Counted from the first letter of the stretch, positions 33,183-43,687 are shown. The stretch is 64,000 bases of DNA from Longimicrobiales bacterium (GCA_965226375.1 CBDDCX010000008.1:1760001-1824000), one strand, 5' to 3'. Notes: generated by a model from the letters alone, not told the origin. Numbers and translations are program-made.

Positions 33183-34598
33183 ATGGAGACCATCGGATGG
33201 CTCTCGATCTTACCACCCATCGTGGCCATAGCGTTGGCCATCAAGACCCGGGAGGTCTACATCTCCCTCGCGCTGTTCGTGTGGCTGGGGTGGACGATTC
33301 TGAACTCGTGGAATCCGATCCTTGGGCTCGTGGAGGGTGTGAACGTATTCCTCGACGCCATCACCAGCCCGGGGAATGCTCGCACGCTGGTCTTCTCAGC
33401 CCTGATCGGTGCGATCATCACCCTGACGCAGGCGTCGGGTGGGATGGAAGGGTTCATCAAATGGGTGGAAGCGAAACGGCTGGGAAAGAACCGCCGTACG
33501 GTGCGCATGTTCGGGATCGGCACCAGCATGGTCCTCTTCCTGGAATCGAACTTCGGGCTTCTGGTCGCGGGGTCGGTCTCACGGCCGCTCTTCGACCGGG
33601 CCAAGATCTCCCGTGAGAAGCTTGCCTATATCCTGGATGGGACCTGCGCACCCAAGCAGCTGCTGATCCCCATCAACGCCTGGGGGGCGTACATCGTCAC
33701 GCTCCTGGCGGCTCAATCCGTGCCCGAACCGAACCGGGTCCTGCTTTCGGCGTTGACCCTCAACTTCTACGCGATCCTGGCCATCCTTCTGGTCTTCTTC
33801 GTGGGGATGACCGACTGGAACATCGGGCCGATGCGCGAGGCCGAGCGGCGGGTCCGGGAAGAAGGCAAGCTCCTCAGGGACGGAGCCGAGCCTATGGTCT
33901 CGTCCGACGTCAGCATGCTGGCCGCCAAAGAAGGTGTGCCGCAGCGGGCGATCAACATGTTGCTCCCCATCTTCGCCATGGTCACGACCGTACCGTTCGT
34001 GCTCTGGCTGACCGGGGATGGTGTGATTCTGAACGGCAGCGGGTCAGACGCGGTGCTCTGGGGTGTCATCGTGGGCATTCTTCTTGCGGCCCTCATGTAT
34101 CGTCTCCAGGGAATCATGACGTTACATGAGGTGACGGACTACACACTCAAGGGTATCCAGGGCCTGACGCCCGTGGTCATCGTCCTGGCCCTCGCCTTCG
34201 CCATCGCCGGCACGCAGCAAGCTCTCGGGACCGGCGTGTGGTTGGCCCAGGTCGCTCAGGCCAACGTCAATCCGGGTTTCGTGCCGGCCATCGTCTTCAT
34301 CCTGGCCTGCATCATGGCGTTCTCCACGGGCACCTCATGGGGAACCTTCGCCATAATGATCCCCATCGTGGTGCCCATGGCGGAGCTCCTGGATCTGCAT
34401 CTGGGGCTCACGCTCGCGGCGGCCCTGGGTGGCGGAATCTTCGGGGATCACTGCTCGCCCATCTCCGACAGCACCATAGTGGCGTCCATGGCATCGGCCA
34501 CAGACCACATCGACCACGTTCGGACGCAGCTCCCCTACGCGCTCATCGCGGCGGCGGGGGCCCTGATACTCTTCCTGGGAGTCGGTTTCATGCTGTAG
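33183..34598 (+). CDS. Na+/H+ antiporter NhaC-family transporter
   Basis: GWLSILPPIVAI, ISREKLAYILD, FSTGTSWGT, GDHCSPISD, HIDHVRTQLPYA. Confidence 0.88.
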   Translation: METIGWLSILPPIVAIALAIKTREVYISLALFVWLGWTILNSWNPILGLVEGVNVFLDAITSPGNARTLVFSALIGAIITLTQASGGMEGFIKWVEAKRLGKNRRTVRMFGIGTSMVLFLESNFGLLVAGSVSRPLFDRAKISREKLAYILDGTCAPKQLLIPINAWGAYIVTLLAAQSVPEPNRVLLSALTLNFYAILAILLVFFVGMTDWNIGPMREAERRVREEGKLLRDGAEPMVSSDVSMLAAKEGVPQRAINMLLPIFAMVTTVPFVLWLTGDGVILNGSGSDAVLWGVIVGILLAALMYRLQGIMTLHEVTDYTLKGIQGLTPVVIVLALAFAIAGTQQALGTGVWLAQVAQANVNPGFVPAIVFILACIMAFSTGTSWGTFAIMIPIVVPMAELLDLHLGLTLAAALGGGIFGDHCSPISDSTIVASMASATDHIDHVRTQLPYALIAAAGALILFLGVGFML

Positions 34599-34618
34599 AA
34601 GGTCCTGGTGTCACGACG

Positions 34619-36502
34619 CTAGCGGCTCTGGTTCTCCATGAGGACCAAGCCACCGGCCAGCGTGCCGGAAAAGACATCGAGATCTCCGTCGCCGTCGATG
34701 TCGACCACCGACGGGGTGGAGTAGTTGGGCAGGGGAAGCGTAAACGTGGAGTCCTGAACGAACACCGGATCGGCTGTTCCGCCCTCTCGGAGATAGAGCA
34801 GCACGCCGCCGGCTTCTCGGCCGAGGAGTAGATCGTCGTCTCCGTCTCCGTCCATGTCGGCAAACGTGGGGAAGCTTCTGCGGCCCGCGTCGATCCCCTG
34901 GAACTTGTCGCTCACCAGCTCGAAAGTCGGTGCTCGGCGGGTTCCTACGTTCCGGTAGAAGTTCAACTCACCTGAAGACTCTCCGATAAAGAGGTCCAGG
35001 TCGCCGTCCCCGTCCACGTCGGTCAGTGCGGGCGTGCTGTTGCTCCCCCTGGTGAGCTTCACGAGCGTCGTGTCGGCCAGGACAAAGTCCGGTCTCTCTG
35101 GGGAGCCTGCATTCATGTACAAGGACACGCCCTTGTTCCACGTACCCATCAACATGTCCAGATCACCGTCATCGTCCAGGTCGCCCATCGCCGGCGCGTA
35201 ATGGTACATGGTGAAGAGCTCGATCCGCTCCCGCTCTTGGAAGGACGGCGCTTGGGCGGAACCTACGTTCTCGAAGTGGTACATCCGCGAGGTACGAGTG
35301 TCGTTCGGGTCGATCTTGTTGGAGAGGAGTAGATCTAGATCCCCGTCCGCGTCCAAATCCGTGAACGTGGGAATACTCTCGCTCCCCACGTCGATCGTGT
35401 AGATGAAGCGCTCACTCCGGCGGCTGAAGCGACCGTCCACCTGCTCGTAGAATAGAAAGTTCCGGATCGTGGTCAGGTTGGGGTTGAACGCTCCGCCCAG
35501 CACGCCGACGAAGAGATCCAGGTCCCCGTCGTCATCCACATCCGCCAGCGTCGGGACGTTGTATCCGCTCGTGGTCAGCGAGTCTTCGACCTCGAAGGGA
35601 AGGGGTTCACCGAGAAGGATCGGCTCGCTACATGATCCGGTGTTTTCCAGATAGAGCACACTGGATTCGAAGAAGTCACCCCAGAAGAAGTCGAGGTCCC
35701 CGTCGTCGTCCATGTCGGCAAACGCCATGGAGTTGGCGCCGTGGAGGCTCCCCGCCATCGCGGCAACGATCTCGATGCCCTGGAAACGATCTTCGATGAA
35801 CCGGAACAGTGGCGCGCCGTCCGCAGATGTAGTCGACGTTTCGTAACGGCTGATCGTACCATCCACCCGGCCAAGGAAGAGATCCCAGTTCCCGTCGCAG
35901 TCGATGTCGTTGAGGCTCGGGATGTTCTGCCGGTCCGCAAAGAGCGGCTCGCCGTCGACATCTCGGGCCGAGTCCCCCACCGGGAGGAACGCTGCCTCCT
36001 GGGCCGTGCCTTCATTACGGAAGTACTTCACGTAGCTGAACGGACTCTCAGCGAGCAGGTCCAGATCGCCATCCCGGTCGAAATCGAGGAAACGACTCCA
36101 CTCCCCGATTTCCAGATCCTGGTATTGGTCGGTACGCCACACGAAACGGGGATCTCCGGGCGATCCTACGTTCTCGAAGTGCATGAGCTCGCCCGTGCGT
36201 TCCTGGAGGAAGAGATCCAGGTCGCCGTCCGCGTCGAGATCCACGAACTGAGGACGGGGTACGTTGAGGCCGCCCAGGAGGGGCGACTCATAGGCCCGAC
36301 CGGCCTCGTCCAGAAACTCCCAGGCGTCCACCACACGTACGAAGCGGTTGGTCTCCTGCCGGGCGCCCGTGGGTCCGTCCGGCGTTGCAGTGGTAGGGGA
36401 GCCGTAGCCCCCACAGCTCGTAATCGCCAGGCTGCTCAGGGCCCACAGAGCCACGCTCCGACCGGCCAATGTCGCTACGACTTCCGTCATCGTCCTGTGC
36501 AC
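34619..36502 (-). CDS. FG-GAP/VCBS-repeat lipoprotein (Ca-binding beta-propeller)
   Basis: About ten DxDxDGDLD repeats; signal ending TSC. Confidence 0.88.
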   Translation of the reverse strand: MHRTMTEVVATLAGRSVALWALSSLAITSCGGYGSPTTATPDGPTGARQETNRFVRVVDAWEFLDEAGRAYESPLLGGLNVPRPQFVDLDADGDLDLFLQERTGELMHFENVGSPGDPRFVWRTDQYQDLEIGEWSRFLDFDRDGDLDLLAESPFSYVKYFRNEGTAQEAAFLPVGDSARDVDGEPLFADRQNIPSLNDIDCDGNWDLFLGRVDGTISRYETSTTSADGAPLFRFIEDRFQGIEIVAAMAGSLHGANSMAFADMDDDGDLDFFWGDFFESSVLYLENTGSCSEPILLGEPLPFEVEDSLTTSGYNVPTLADVDDDGDLDLFVGVLGGAFNPNLTTIRNFLFYEQVDGRFSRRSERFIYTIDVGSESIPTFTDLDADGDLDLLLSNKIDPNDTRTSRMYHFENVGSAQAPSFQERERIELFTMYHYAPAMGDLDDDGDLDMLMGTWNKGVSLYMNAGSPERPDFVLADTTLVKLTRGSNSTPALTDVDGDGDLDLFIGESSGELNFYRNVGTRRAPTFELVSDKFQGIDAGRRSFPTFADMDGDGDDDLLLGREAGGVLLYLREGGTADPVFVQDSTFTLPLPNYSTPSVVDIDGDGDLDVFSGTLAGGLVLMENQSR

Positions 36503-36620
36503 TCCCTCTCAGGACCGCACCCGCCGGGGCCGATCCGCATTCTTGATGACGAGGGGGAAAACCGGTTCGTCCATTCTCCCCCTCGCAGGCTGGCGCTCGG
36601 GCGCCTGATCACCGTCAAAC

Positions 36621-38993
36621 TCAGGTGATGGGCTGCCTCTTCTTGAGAACGAATAGGCCCTCGTTGCCACTGGTGACGATAATGACCCCGCTCTCGAAGT
36701 ACGGATAGTTGCTCCAGGAGCCTCCCATGCCAGCGGAGTTGTCTCCGTACGGCACGGTGTCGAAGTACCCGATCTCAACCGGGCTCTCCGGATCACTGAT
36801 GTCGAGTACGCGCAGCCCACTCCGATAGTTGGACTGGTACATGATGTTGCCGCGAACGTACAGGTTGTGATCACTCGCTTCTTGCGTGCCGAAGTGCTCC
36901 TTGACCAGCTGCGGATCGTCCAGATCCGTAACGTCCCACACCATGGTGCGGGTTTTCGGCTGACCTGCGATCTCGTCGAGTTCGTCGTTCATGTAGTAGT
37001 AGCGGTGGTCCTCGGTGAGCCAACCCTGATGGGCGTAACCCACGCTCGGGTAGCTGGCCCGGGAAAGAGCGATCGTGTTGGCCGGATCCGTCACATCACC
37101 GATGCTCAGGGCCGTTTCGTTGGCTCCCATGCAGATCTGCTTACCGAGGTGTTCCTCATCCGGCCCAGCGTAGGTCACGCACTGTGCATCGTGCGTGTAG
37201 CCCGTGCTGGCTCGACCCGTCTGAGTGTCGGCAAAGCAGCCGGCGAACGTGGGGTTGCTAGGCTCCTGGATGTTGATGATGTGGAGGCCACCGCCACACG
37301 TCTCTCCGCCGGCACGGTTGCCTACGCTGTAGGCGAAGCCGGACTCCTCGTTGATCACGATGTTGTGGGCGCTGGCCACGCCGTCGTAATGAGCCGTTTC
37401 CTCAAAGGTGATGGGCTCCCCTGTGACGTCACGGAGCTGAGTCAGGTCGAAGACCTGAACTCCGTGCTGTCCCGCGCCATCCGCAACGATAAAGGCGTGG
37501 TCCTTGTAGACCTTGATGTCCGTCCAGGTACTCGGATTCGAACCCTCGGGCCGGAGAAGCTGTCCCAGATAGCGGGGCCGGAGGGGATCGCTGATGTCTA
37601 CGAACGCGGATCCGTCGCGGCGACCCACCAGCGCGTACTCGCGTCCGGTCTGCGAGTCCGTCCAACCCCAAACGTCGTTCACGGTTACTCCTCGTGGAGC
37701 CAGGTCCGCACGGGGCATGAACGACACCAGGTCGTAGTCGTCGCAGTCCCAGGCCGACGCCGCGCCGGCAGTGCAGTCGATCTGCCCTCCACTCACGGCA
37801 TCGAAGCCCTCGACCTCACTCATGACGGATTCGGCCATCCCCCAGCCGTCGGTGGTGCGCTCGTAGATGGCGGCCGTGCCCGTGCCGAAGTCTGCCCCGG
37901 TCACGCCGATGACCGCGACGTCGCCGTCGATGGCGATGGTGCTGGCGAAGGCGTCACCCGACTGACTGCCGCTCCCGAGCTTGGTGGCTTCGTTCCAACT
38001 TACGGCCATACTCCCCGAGATGAAGTACGCCGCCCCGCGGCCGCCACTGCCTCTCGGTGCGCCCACCCAGGCTCCCTCTTCCGTGAGGGCCATGGCGGTG
38101 CCGAAGGCGTCTTGCTGGAAGCCATCGAAAGAGACGAGGTGACCACGCGGGTTCCATTCCCCCTCTGGGGCATCGAACTGGAACGCGAACACGGCTCCCT
38201 GCCCTTGTCCGCGGCCCGGGGCGGAGATCAGCGCCTCGTGACCCGCCACGGTCAACCCTGAGCCGAAGCGGTCGTTGGGGCCGATGCCCTGGGCCGCCAA
38301 CGTGCCCGTCTGTTGCCAGCCACCCTCACTCCTGCTGAAGGTGTAGACCGCGCCGGTCTCATCGGCTGCCGGGGCGCCCACGAGGAGCTCGGCGCCGTGG
38401 ACGGCCACGCTCGCGCCGAACCCGGTGCCGGTGCCACCTGATGTGATCGCCCCCTCCGACGTCCAAGCACCACCACTATTGGAGAAGACGTGAGCCGTAC
38501 CCTGGCCCATGTACTGAACCTGTCGGCCGCGGGCTCGCTGGCCCGGCGCGCCGACCACGGCCAATCCGCCCCCGAGGGCTATCGTCGCGCCGAAGTTGGT
38601 ACCTGGGGCGCCACCCTCGAGTTGGCCCACCTCCTGCCAATCACCCGACCCCGACCGCTCGAAGACATAGACGGCGCCCGCACCTTCGTTCTGTGCAGAG
38701 GCGCTGACCATCATCGTCGAGCCGTCTACGGCGATCGCAGCTCCGAATCCGTCACCCGAAGCGGCGTCGGAGGCCTGGAGGCGCGCGGCCTCCGTCCACC
38801 CGCCCGAGCCCTGTCGAAACACATAGACGGCTCCCGGCGTGATGACGTTACTCGCAACACCGACCAGGACATCGTCGCCGCTTACCGCCACCGCGGCGCC
38901 AAACCCGGGACACCCAAACTGGGCCTCTGCTGCTGTCGTGCCCATGACCAGGGCGGAGAAAATGACCAAAAGACTGTAACCAAAGCGTTTCAT
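36621..38993 (-). CDS. Choice-of-anchor B family protein with N-terminal FG-GAP repeats
   Basis: FGxxVA/GAP/GAVYVF repeats, then NDVWGWTD, SAHNI, YTHDAQC, YAHQGW, DELDE, DHNLY, GSWSNYPYFESG. Confidence 0.85.
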   Translation of the reverse strand: MKRFGYSLLVIFSALVMGTTAAEAQFGCPGFGAAVAVSGDDVLVGVASNVITPGAVYVFRQGSGGWTEAARLQASDAASGDGFGAAIAVDGSTMMVSASAQNEGAGAVYVFERSGSGDWQEVGQLEGGAPGTNFGATIALGGGLAVVGAPGQRARGRQVQYMGQGTAHVFSNSGGAWTSEGAITSGGTGTGFGASVAVHGAELLVGAPAADETGAVYTFSRSEGGWQQTGTLAAQGIGPNDRFGSGLTVAGHEALISAPGRGQGQGAVFAFQFDAPEGEWNPRGHLVSFDGFQQDAFGTAMALTEEGAWVGAPRGSGGRGAAYFISGSMAVSWNEATKLGSGSQSGDAFASTIAIDGDVAVIGVTGADFGTGTAAIYERTTDGWGMAESVMSEVEGFDAVSGGQIDCTAGAASAWDCDDYDLVSFMPRADLAPRGVTVNDVWGWTDSQTGREYALVGRRDGSAFVDISDPLRPRYLGQLLRPEGSNPSTWTDIKVYKDHAFIVADGAGQHGVQVFDLTQLRDVTGEPITFEETAHYDGVASAHNIVINEESGFAYSVGNRAGGETCGGGLHIINIQEPSNPTFAGCFADTQTGRASTGYTHDAQCVTYAGPDEEHLGKQICMGANETALSIGDVTDPANTIALSRASYPSVGYAHQGWLTEDHRYYYMNDELDEIAGQPKTRTMVWDVTDLDDPQLVKEHFGTQEASDHNLYVRGNIMYQSNYRSGLRVLDISDPESPVEIGYFDTVPYGDNSAGMGGSWSNYPYFESGVIIVTSGNEGLFVLKKRQPIT

Positions 38994-39159
38994 TATCACG
39001 CCTCACAACGGACTGAACGAAATTGTAGTCCAACAATATTAGCTAATTTTGACATCTTAGAGAGGGCAGGGAAACGGGCAAGGGGTGGAACTTTCTTCCC
39101 CTGTCCCCACGTATGGTATATGTGGGATGTCCACAGCCTTCTAGAGACGGGAGCATCCA

Positions 39160-40221
39160 GTGACGAGGTGGGGACGTCGGTCGAAGATCACATTTCTGGC
39201 GGCTTTGTTGGCGGAGCTATTCCTGCCCAGTCCCGCCGTTCACGACGACCTATGGATCTTCGGATCCTCTCGGGCGCCGGGCTCCTACGACCTGTCGGCC
39301 GCCATGGCCGCCCAGGATCTGCATGCTCCCGATCTCTTTGCCATTGACGGCGTGGTGGGGACCGCAGTCGCGATCGGGCTCGGGGGGACTCCGGTGGTGA
39401 TGGTCTATACGGCTCGCTTTGGTGTGCTGGGCGTGCCGGCGAGCCTCGAGGGTATTCCGGTTCTCCCTGAGGTGACCGGCGAGTTTTGGGCTCTGGGAGA
39501 CGGGCCGCGGGCGAGAGAATCGGAGGGTGCCGTGGACCCCAAGAAACGTTTTCCCCGACCCGTCCCCATCGGAGTGTCCGGTGGACAGCCGGATGTGACC
39601 GCCGGGACCATCGGCGCGCGGGTGAGCGATGGCTCCAAGACCTTTGCGCTGAGCAACAACCACGTGTTCGCCAATCGCAACGACGCCAACAAGGGGGATG
39701 ATATCCTCCAGCCGGGCCGGGTGGACGGGGGCACGGACCCCTCGAACTCGATCGGCACGCTGCACGACTACGAGCCACTCCGCTTTTGTAGCGCCCTGAC
39801 TTGCCCCGACAACCGGATCGATGCGGCCATCGCGCTGACATCGGCTGACAACCTCGGGACGAGCACGCCGGACGACGGGTACGGTGAGCCCCGTGCCAAG
39901 ACCACCGGGGCCGCCCTCAGTCAGCGAGTGCAGAAATATGGACGCACCACAGGATTGACGACGGGCACGGTGACGGGGGTCAACGCCACGATCAACGTGA
40001 ACTACAACAATGGAACGGTCCGCTTCGTGGATCAGATCCTGATCAGCGACGGTAACTTCAGTCAGGGTGGAGACTCAGGATCACTCGTCGTCACCAAGGC
40101 CACTGGAGGGGACGACCGAAAGCCGGTCGGGCTGCTGTTCGCAGGAAGCAACACCCACACCATCGCCAACCCCATCGATCTCGTTCTGAAACGTTTCGGG
40201 GTCGCCATCGATGGGAGTTAG
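39160..40221 (+). CDS. Secreted trypsin-like (S1, Nal1-like) serine protease with N-terminal accessory domain
   Basis: AGTIG, LSNNHV (His), DAAIA (Asp), KYGRTTGLT, GDSGS (Ser). Confidence 0.82.
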   Translation: MTRWGRRSKITFLAALLAELFLPSPAVHDDLWIFGSSRAPGSYDLSAAMAAQDLHAPDLFAIDGVVGTAVAIGLGGTPVVMVYTARFGVLGVPASLEGIPVLPEVTGEFWALGDGPRARESEGAVDPKKRFPRPVPIGVSGGQPDVTAGTIGARVSDGSKTFALSNNHVFANRNDANKGDDILQPGRVDGGTDPSNSIGTLHDYEPLRFCSALTCPDNRIDAAIALTSADNLGTSTPDDGYGEPRAKTTGAALSQRVQKYGRTTGLTTGTVTGVNATINVNYNNGTVRFVDQILISDGNFSQGGDSGSLVVTKATGGDDRKPVGLLFAGSNTHTIANPIDLVLKRFGVAIDGS

Positions 40222-40245
40222 CGGGTCGGCCGGTGGGGCCCTAAG

Positions 40246-40455
40246 TTGACCGACGATATGAAGAGCGCCCTCGAGAAGCTCACGGGCAAGGTGATCGACA
40301 TGCCTGGGGTTTCCGGGACCGCCATCGGACTTTCGGGCGGTGAGCCTTGCTTGAAGGTCTTCGTATCCACGGACGGTGCGTCGGGAAAGATTCCGTCTTC
40401 AGTGGGTGGCCACCGGGTCGTGGTGGAGAGGACAGGAACGTTCAAGCGGTACTGA
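40246..40455 (+). CDS. 69-aa protein homologous to the N-terminal domain of the upstream protease
   Basis: PGVSGTAIGLSGGEPCLKVFV...IPSSVGGHRVVVERTGTF aligns by eye with DGVVGTAVAIGLGGTPVVMVY...VPASLEGIPVLPEVTGEF. Confidence 0.7.
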   Translation: MTDDMKSALEKLTGKVIDMPGVSGTAIGLSGGEPCLKVFVSTDGASGKIPSSVGGHRVVVERTGTFKRY

Positions 40456-40563
40456 GGCCGGGGCGCTGGGCAACCATCCGGATGCATCAGGCGTCATATC
40501 CTTAGAGGGGACACCTCGGAGCGGCTTTCGCGGGCCGAGGGATGGAGTTGGACTTCGAAACGA

Positions 40564-41154
40564 ATGGAGACTTCGATGGGTGTGCGAAAGTCAGACATCA
40601 TGGCCTTCACGGCCATTCTAGCCGGCGCCGGCGCGGGGCTCGGACTAACGAGCCTCTTCGCGCACAGCCAGCGGGACGTGGGGGACGAGACCGAGTTCTT
40701 GACCCTCATGGAGACAGAGGCGCCCCACGTGGTCACCAGGATGCGTATGCACCGGTCCGATCACGATCGCCAGCACATCAAGGTCATGCAGATTCGCCGT
40801 CAAGCCCGAGGCCAAGCCCGCGCGGCACGGCAGAGGGTACGCGAGATTCGGACGGACGTTCGGGTCGGGCAGGCGTTCGCGCTCCATGAGGCGCTCGAGG
40901 GCCTAGAGGGGCTCGAAGCGTTGGAGTCGTTGGAGGCACTGGAGTCCCTGGACGCCTTCGAGGGTCTCGATGGAGTTGTGATCGATCTCGAGGCGCTCGA
41001 ACAGGCGATGGATGAGCTCGACTTCGACTTCGACTTCGACGGTGACGTGACTGTCGACGTCGAGGTAGACGATGCCGATGACCAGCACAAGAGGAAAAAG
41101 CGCAAGCGTCGCATCATCGTGAAGCGGCCGGGTAACGACGGGTCGGGCAACTAA
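40564..41154 (+). CDS. Hypothetical membrane-anchored protein with LExL repeats, acidic tract and basic tail
   Basis: N-terminal hydrophobic helix; LEGLEGLEALESLEALESLD; followed by a terminator. Confidence 0.65.
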   Translation: METSMGVRKSDIMAFTAILAGAGAGLGLTSLFAHSQRDVGDETEFLTLMETEAPHVVTRMRMHRSDHDRQHIKVMQIRRQARGQARAARQRVREIRTDVRVGQAFALHEALEGLEGLEALESLEALESLDAFEGLDGVVIDLEALEQAMDELDFDFDFDGDVTVDVEVDDADDQHKRKKRKRRIIVKRPGNDGSGN

Positions 41155-41181
41155 ACCCCACCCCGTCTCGACTCGGCTTCG

Positions 41182-41213
41182 AAGAGCCTCGCCCCTCGGG
41201 GCGGGGCTCTTTT
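41182..41213 (+). terminator. Intrinsic terminator
   Basis: aagagcctcgccc...ggggcggggctctt stem followed by T-run. Confidence 0.75.
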
Positions 41214-41332
41214 CGTTCCTGGACGTGCAAAATGAGCCCGCATGACCTATAAGTCAGAGGTCATCGAGGACGCGTGTCACAGGGCGGACTCCCTCTGTCC
41301 GCTCCACGCTAGAACCGCCGTGTGAGGTAACC

Positions 41333-43687
41333 ATGTATATCGCTCTCGAATTGCCGCCGCGTTTGGTGCTCTCAACGTTCGTCCTGTCTTGCTCAGCAGC
41401 GTTCGTTATCGCGGCGGGGGCAATCTCGCCCGCGTCAGCTCAGGCCGCTGGCGACCTGGAGCCCATGACGTTCATGGATGTCCAGAGGATGGCTCGTGGG
41501 GGCTCCTGGACTCCGAGTCCCGATGGCGAGTGGATGCTCTACACCGTGACCACCCCGGACTGGGCGGAGGCCGAGTCACAATCGGACATCCACCTCGTCT
41601 CGATGGCGGAGGGTGTCAGCTCGAGCCGGCAGATGACCTACACAGATGGCAAGAACGAGGGGTCACCCACCTGGTCGAGGGACGGCAGCTTCTTCGTGTT
41701 CGCGTCGGATAGGGACAGTGGTTCCGGCGCCGACCGAGACCCGACCCGTGACCGCGTTGCGGACGAGTCCGAAGATCAACTCTACATGATGCGCCCCGAT
41801 GGTGGTGAGGCCCAGCGCATCACCTACGCGGACCACGGTGTCTCCGACTTCTCGTTCAGTGACGACGGTCGGTGGCTCGTGTATCGCAGTGGCGAGTCCG
41901 GCCAGGAGCAGCTCTACAGCTTGCCGGTGAACGGCCTCCTGACTGCCGAGGCCGAGCAGCTCACGGACGGTGAGGCCGGTGTGGAGCGATGGGAGTGGGC
42001 TCCCGACAGCCGTCGCATCTACTTCACCAGGCCGGACTCCCGAGACGAGGACGATGACCTTCGTCGCGAAGAAGGCTTCACTGTGGATGTGAAGAACATG
42101 GTGACGTCTCTGTCCAACCTGTGGGCGATGGACCTGGAGCCGCGCGACACCCGACAGCTGACGAGTGATTCGAACCTGAGCGTGGGAGGCTTCAACGTCT
42201 CCGACGACGGACGTTGGGTCACGTTCAGCGGCGGATCCGCCAAGCGGTACGAGCGCAACATTACCGGGGCGCGGCTCTACGCCGACCAGTTCCTCCTCGA
42301 AACAGCCACGGGCCACATCGAGCGTCTCACGGACAACTTCGAGGTGCGTGAGAGCTTGCCCAGCGTGTCGCCGGACGGCCACTTGATCGCGTTTTCGGCG
42401 CCCGACGACATGACGCGCTATACGATGACGGACAACCGTGTCTACGTCCGCGAGGTGGGCGATCGAGGTGGCTCCTTCCGCAAGCTCGGTGACGCGTTTG
42501 ACCAAAGCCTGAGTGTCGGGTTCTGGTCCGAGGACGGCAATACGATCTACTTCAACGCAGGAGTGCGCGTCACTACGCAGCTCCATGCGCTCGACGTGAG
42601 GAGCGGCGAGGTCAGGCAGGTCACTGAAGAACGGGCGGCTCTTGCTGTGAGCCGGGACGACGACTCGGGCGCCGTGCTCATCGGCTATCAGGATCCGACG
42701 ACTCCTCCCACGGTCTTTACCGTTGAGAACATCGAGGACGTGGCCGACCGCTCCGCGTGGACCCAGCTCGCCGACGTGGCCCCCGAGGTACGCGGAATGG
42801 CCCTCGGCGAAGAGGTCGAGGTCAGCTGGCGTTCCACCGACGGCAAGATGGTCGGGGGAATTTTCGTCAAGCCGGCCGGATACCGTGAGGGACAGCGTTA
42901 TCCGCTCATCGTGGCGATTCACGGCGGCCCGGCCTCGGCCGACGTTCTCCGGTTCAACGGTGGATACAGTGCCCAGGTTTACGCCGGGGCCGGGTATGCC
43001 GTTCTCAAGCCCAACTACCGCGGGTCGCGCAACTACGGCAACGCACACCGAACCGACATCGTCGGTGATTACTTCACCCTGGGGTACGACGACATCATGA
43101 CCGGGGTGGATTACCTCATCGACGAAGGGATCGTCGACGGTGATCGCATGGGGGCGCTGGGATGGAGCGCCGGTGGGCATTGGTCCAACTGGATCGTCAC
43201 CCACACCGGTCGGTTCAAGGCGATCAGCTCCGGGGCCGGGACCATGAACTGGATTTCCATGTACGCCCAGAGCGACGTGCAGCGGAACCGGCGGTTCTAC
43301 ATCGGCGATGATTTTCTGTATGAGAACTTCGATCCCTACTGGGATCAATCACCTCTCAAGTACGTCGCCAACGCTAAGACTCCGACGATGATCCACGTCG
43401 TGGAGGGGGACCCTCGAGTTCCGAGCCCGCAGTCGGTGGAGCTGCACATGGCCCTCAAGGAGCTGGGGGTACCCACCGAGCTCTTCATGTATCCGGGCCG
43501 CACCCATGGGATCTCCCAACCACGCAACCGGCTCGTGAAGGCCGTGAGTGAGATGGCGTGGATGGACTACTACGTGCGGGGGATCGGCAACAAATTCGAG
43601 TGGCAGGACGTGCTGAAGACGCTCGAGGAGAAGGAAGAGAAGCCGAAGGCCACGACCGACTCGGAGCAGGAGATGGGTCGGCGGTGA
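41333..43687 (+). CDS. S9 family peptidase (PD40 propeller + prolyl oligopeptidase domain)
   Basis: WSxDG repeats, IHGGP, PNYRGS, GWSAGG nucleophile, DPRVP, YPGRTH. Confidence 0.92.
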   Translation: MYIALELPPRLVLSTFVLSCSAAFVIAAGAISPASAQAAGDLEPMTFMDVQRMARGGSWTPSPDGEWMLYTVTTPDWAEAESQSDIHLVSMAEGVSSSRQMTYTDGKNEGSPTWSRDGSFFVFASDRDSGSGADRDPTRDRVADESEDQLYMMRPDGGEAQRITYADHGVSDFSFSDDGRWLVYRSGESGQEQLYSLPVNGLLTAEAEQLTDGEAGVERWEWAPDSRRIYFTRPDSRDEDDDLRREEGFTVDVKNMVTSLSNLWAMDLEPRDTRQLTSDSNLSVGGFNVSDDGRWVTFSGGSAKRYERNITGARLYADQFLLETATGHIERLTDNFEVRESLPSVSPDGHLIAFSAPDDMTRYTMTDNRVYVREVGDRGGSFRKLGDAFDQSLSVGFWSEDGNTIYFNAGVRVTTQLHALDVRSGEVRQVTEERAALAVSRDDDSGAVLIGYQDPTTPPTVFTVENIEDVADRSAWTQLADVAPEVRGMALGEEVEVSWRSTDGKMVGGIFVKPAGYREGQRYPLIVAIHGGPASADVLRFNGGYSAQVYAGAGYAVLKPNYRGSRNYGNAHRTDIVGDYFTLGYDDIMTGVDYLIDEGIVDGDRMGALGWSAGGHWSNWIVTHTGRFKAISSGAGTMNWISMYAQSDVQRNRRFYIGDDFLYENFDPYWDQSPLKYVANAKTPTMIHVVEGDPRVPSPQSVELHMALKELGVPTELFMYPGRTHGISQPRNRLVKAVSEMAWMDYYVRGIGNKFEWQDVLKTLEEKEEKPKATTDSEQEMGRR

